Below, piece by piece: positions 63,695 through 64,000 of a stretch of DNA of 64,000 bases (the stretch's first letter is position 1; every line of letters starts with the position of its first letter). The stretch covers positions 24,924,001-24,988,000 of the forward strand of contig NC_043014.1 of assembly GCF_006345805.1 (NCBI RefSeq), in the 5' to 3' direction. Made by a program: the position numbers and the translations under genes. The notes under the pieces were generated by a model. It was not told the origin of the DNA. It was given only the letters and a program-made list of their open reading frames with translations, and ran no database searches. Origin of the DNA: Octopus sinensis (lineage: Eukaryota).

Positions 63695-64000
63695 AAATAA
63701 ATACTTGTTAAAATGACTCTTCCACAATCTAACTTTCCATTTTATAGAGAGAAAAACAGCCTGACAGAGGATATATCTTCATTTATATAGAAGATCTAAA
63801 ATAAAATCACAGATGACAAAAAGAGGAACGAACATGTAATCCAGCCAGAAACATAATAAAAATAACTGTTAACAGATATAGATGCATAAACGCCATTGGG
63901 CAAGCTGCATGGTACACAGGCTCATTCAAGCATCTGCAAAAATGTGAGCATATGCACATGTAAGGTTTGTTGCACTCATGATCACAAAGTTAGTTATTTA

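Overview
Gene-free, repeat-saturated eukaryotic DNA. No host exon, rRNA, tRNA gene or CRISPR array is supported. The (TA)n and (TG)n seas, the RTE 3' ends with (GAT)n tails and the tRNA-type SINE look like a cephalopod (Octopus-like) genome; this is an inference. The window is a stack of transposon relics: an RTE LINE family (about 14 pieces, 2 long), a CR1-group LINE family (7 pieces), one Hero (REL-endonuclease) element, at least 6 Penelope-like elements (PLEs, one with a 758-codon ORF broken only by 2 stops), a Tc1 IR/DR transposon and its MITE, SINEs, and a 1054-bp solo LTR. The main hidden signal is about 19 minimal type I hammerhead ribozyme (HHR) motifs that I folded by hand. Each has a CUGANGA...GAAA...NUH core (intact or point-mutated) and a short stem III that is palindromic or nearly so. 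Three have an unmutated core plus fully paired stems I and II. They sit in PLE ends, in 404-521 bp tandem units (retrozyme-like) and in a fold-back palindrome. Two arrays start within about 6-11 nt of the predicted cleavage site. Other points of note: a CR1-group ORF1 with Myb/SANT-like plus CCCH domains, a PHD-like finger inside the RTE ORF, a twin-primed RTE with its TSD, several long hairpins, and a strong strand bias of RTE copies. All domain, family and structure calls are by eye, with no database search.
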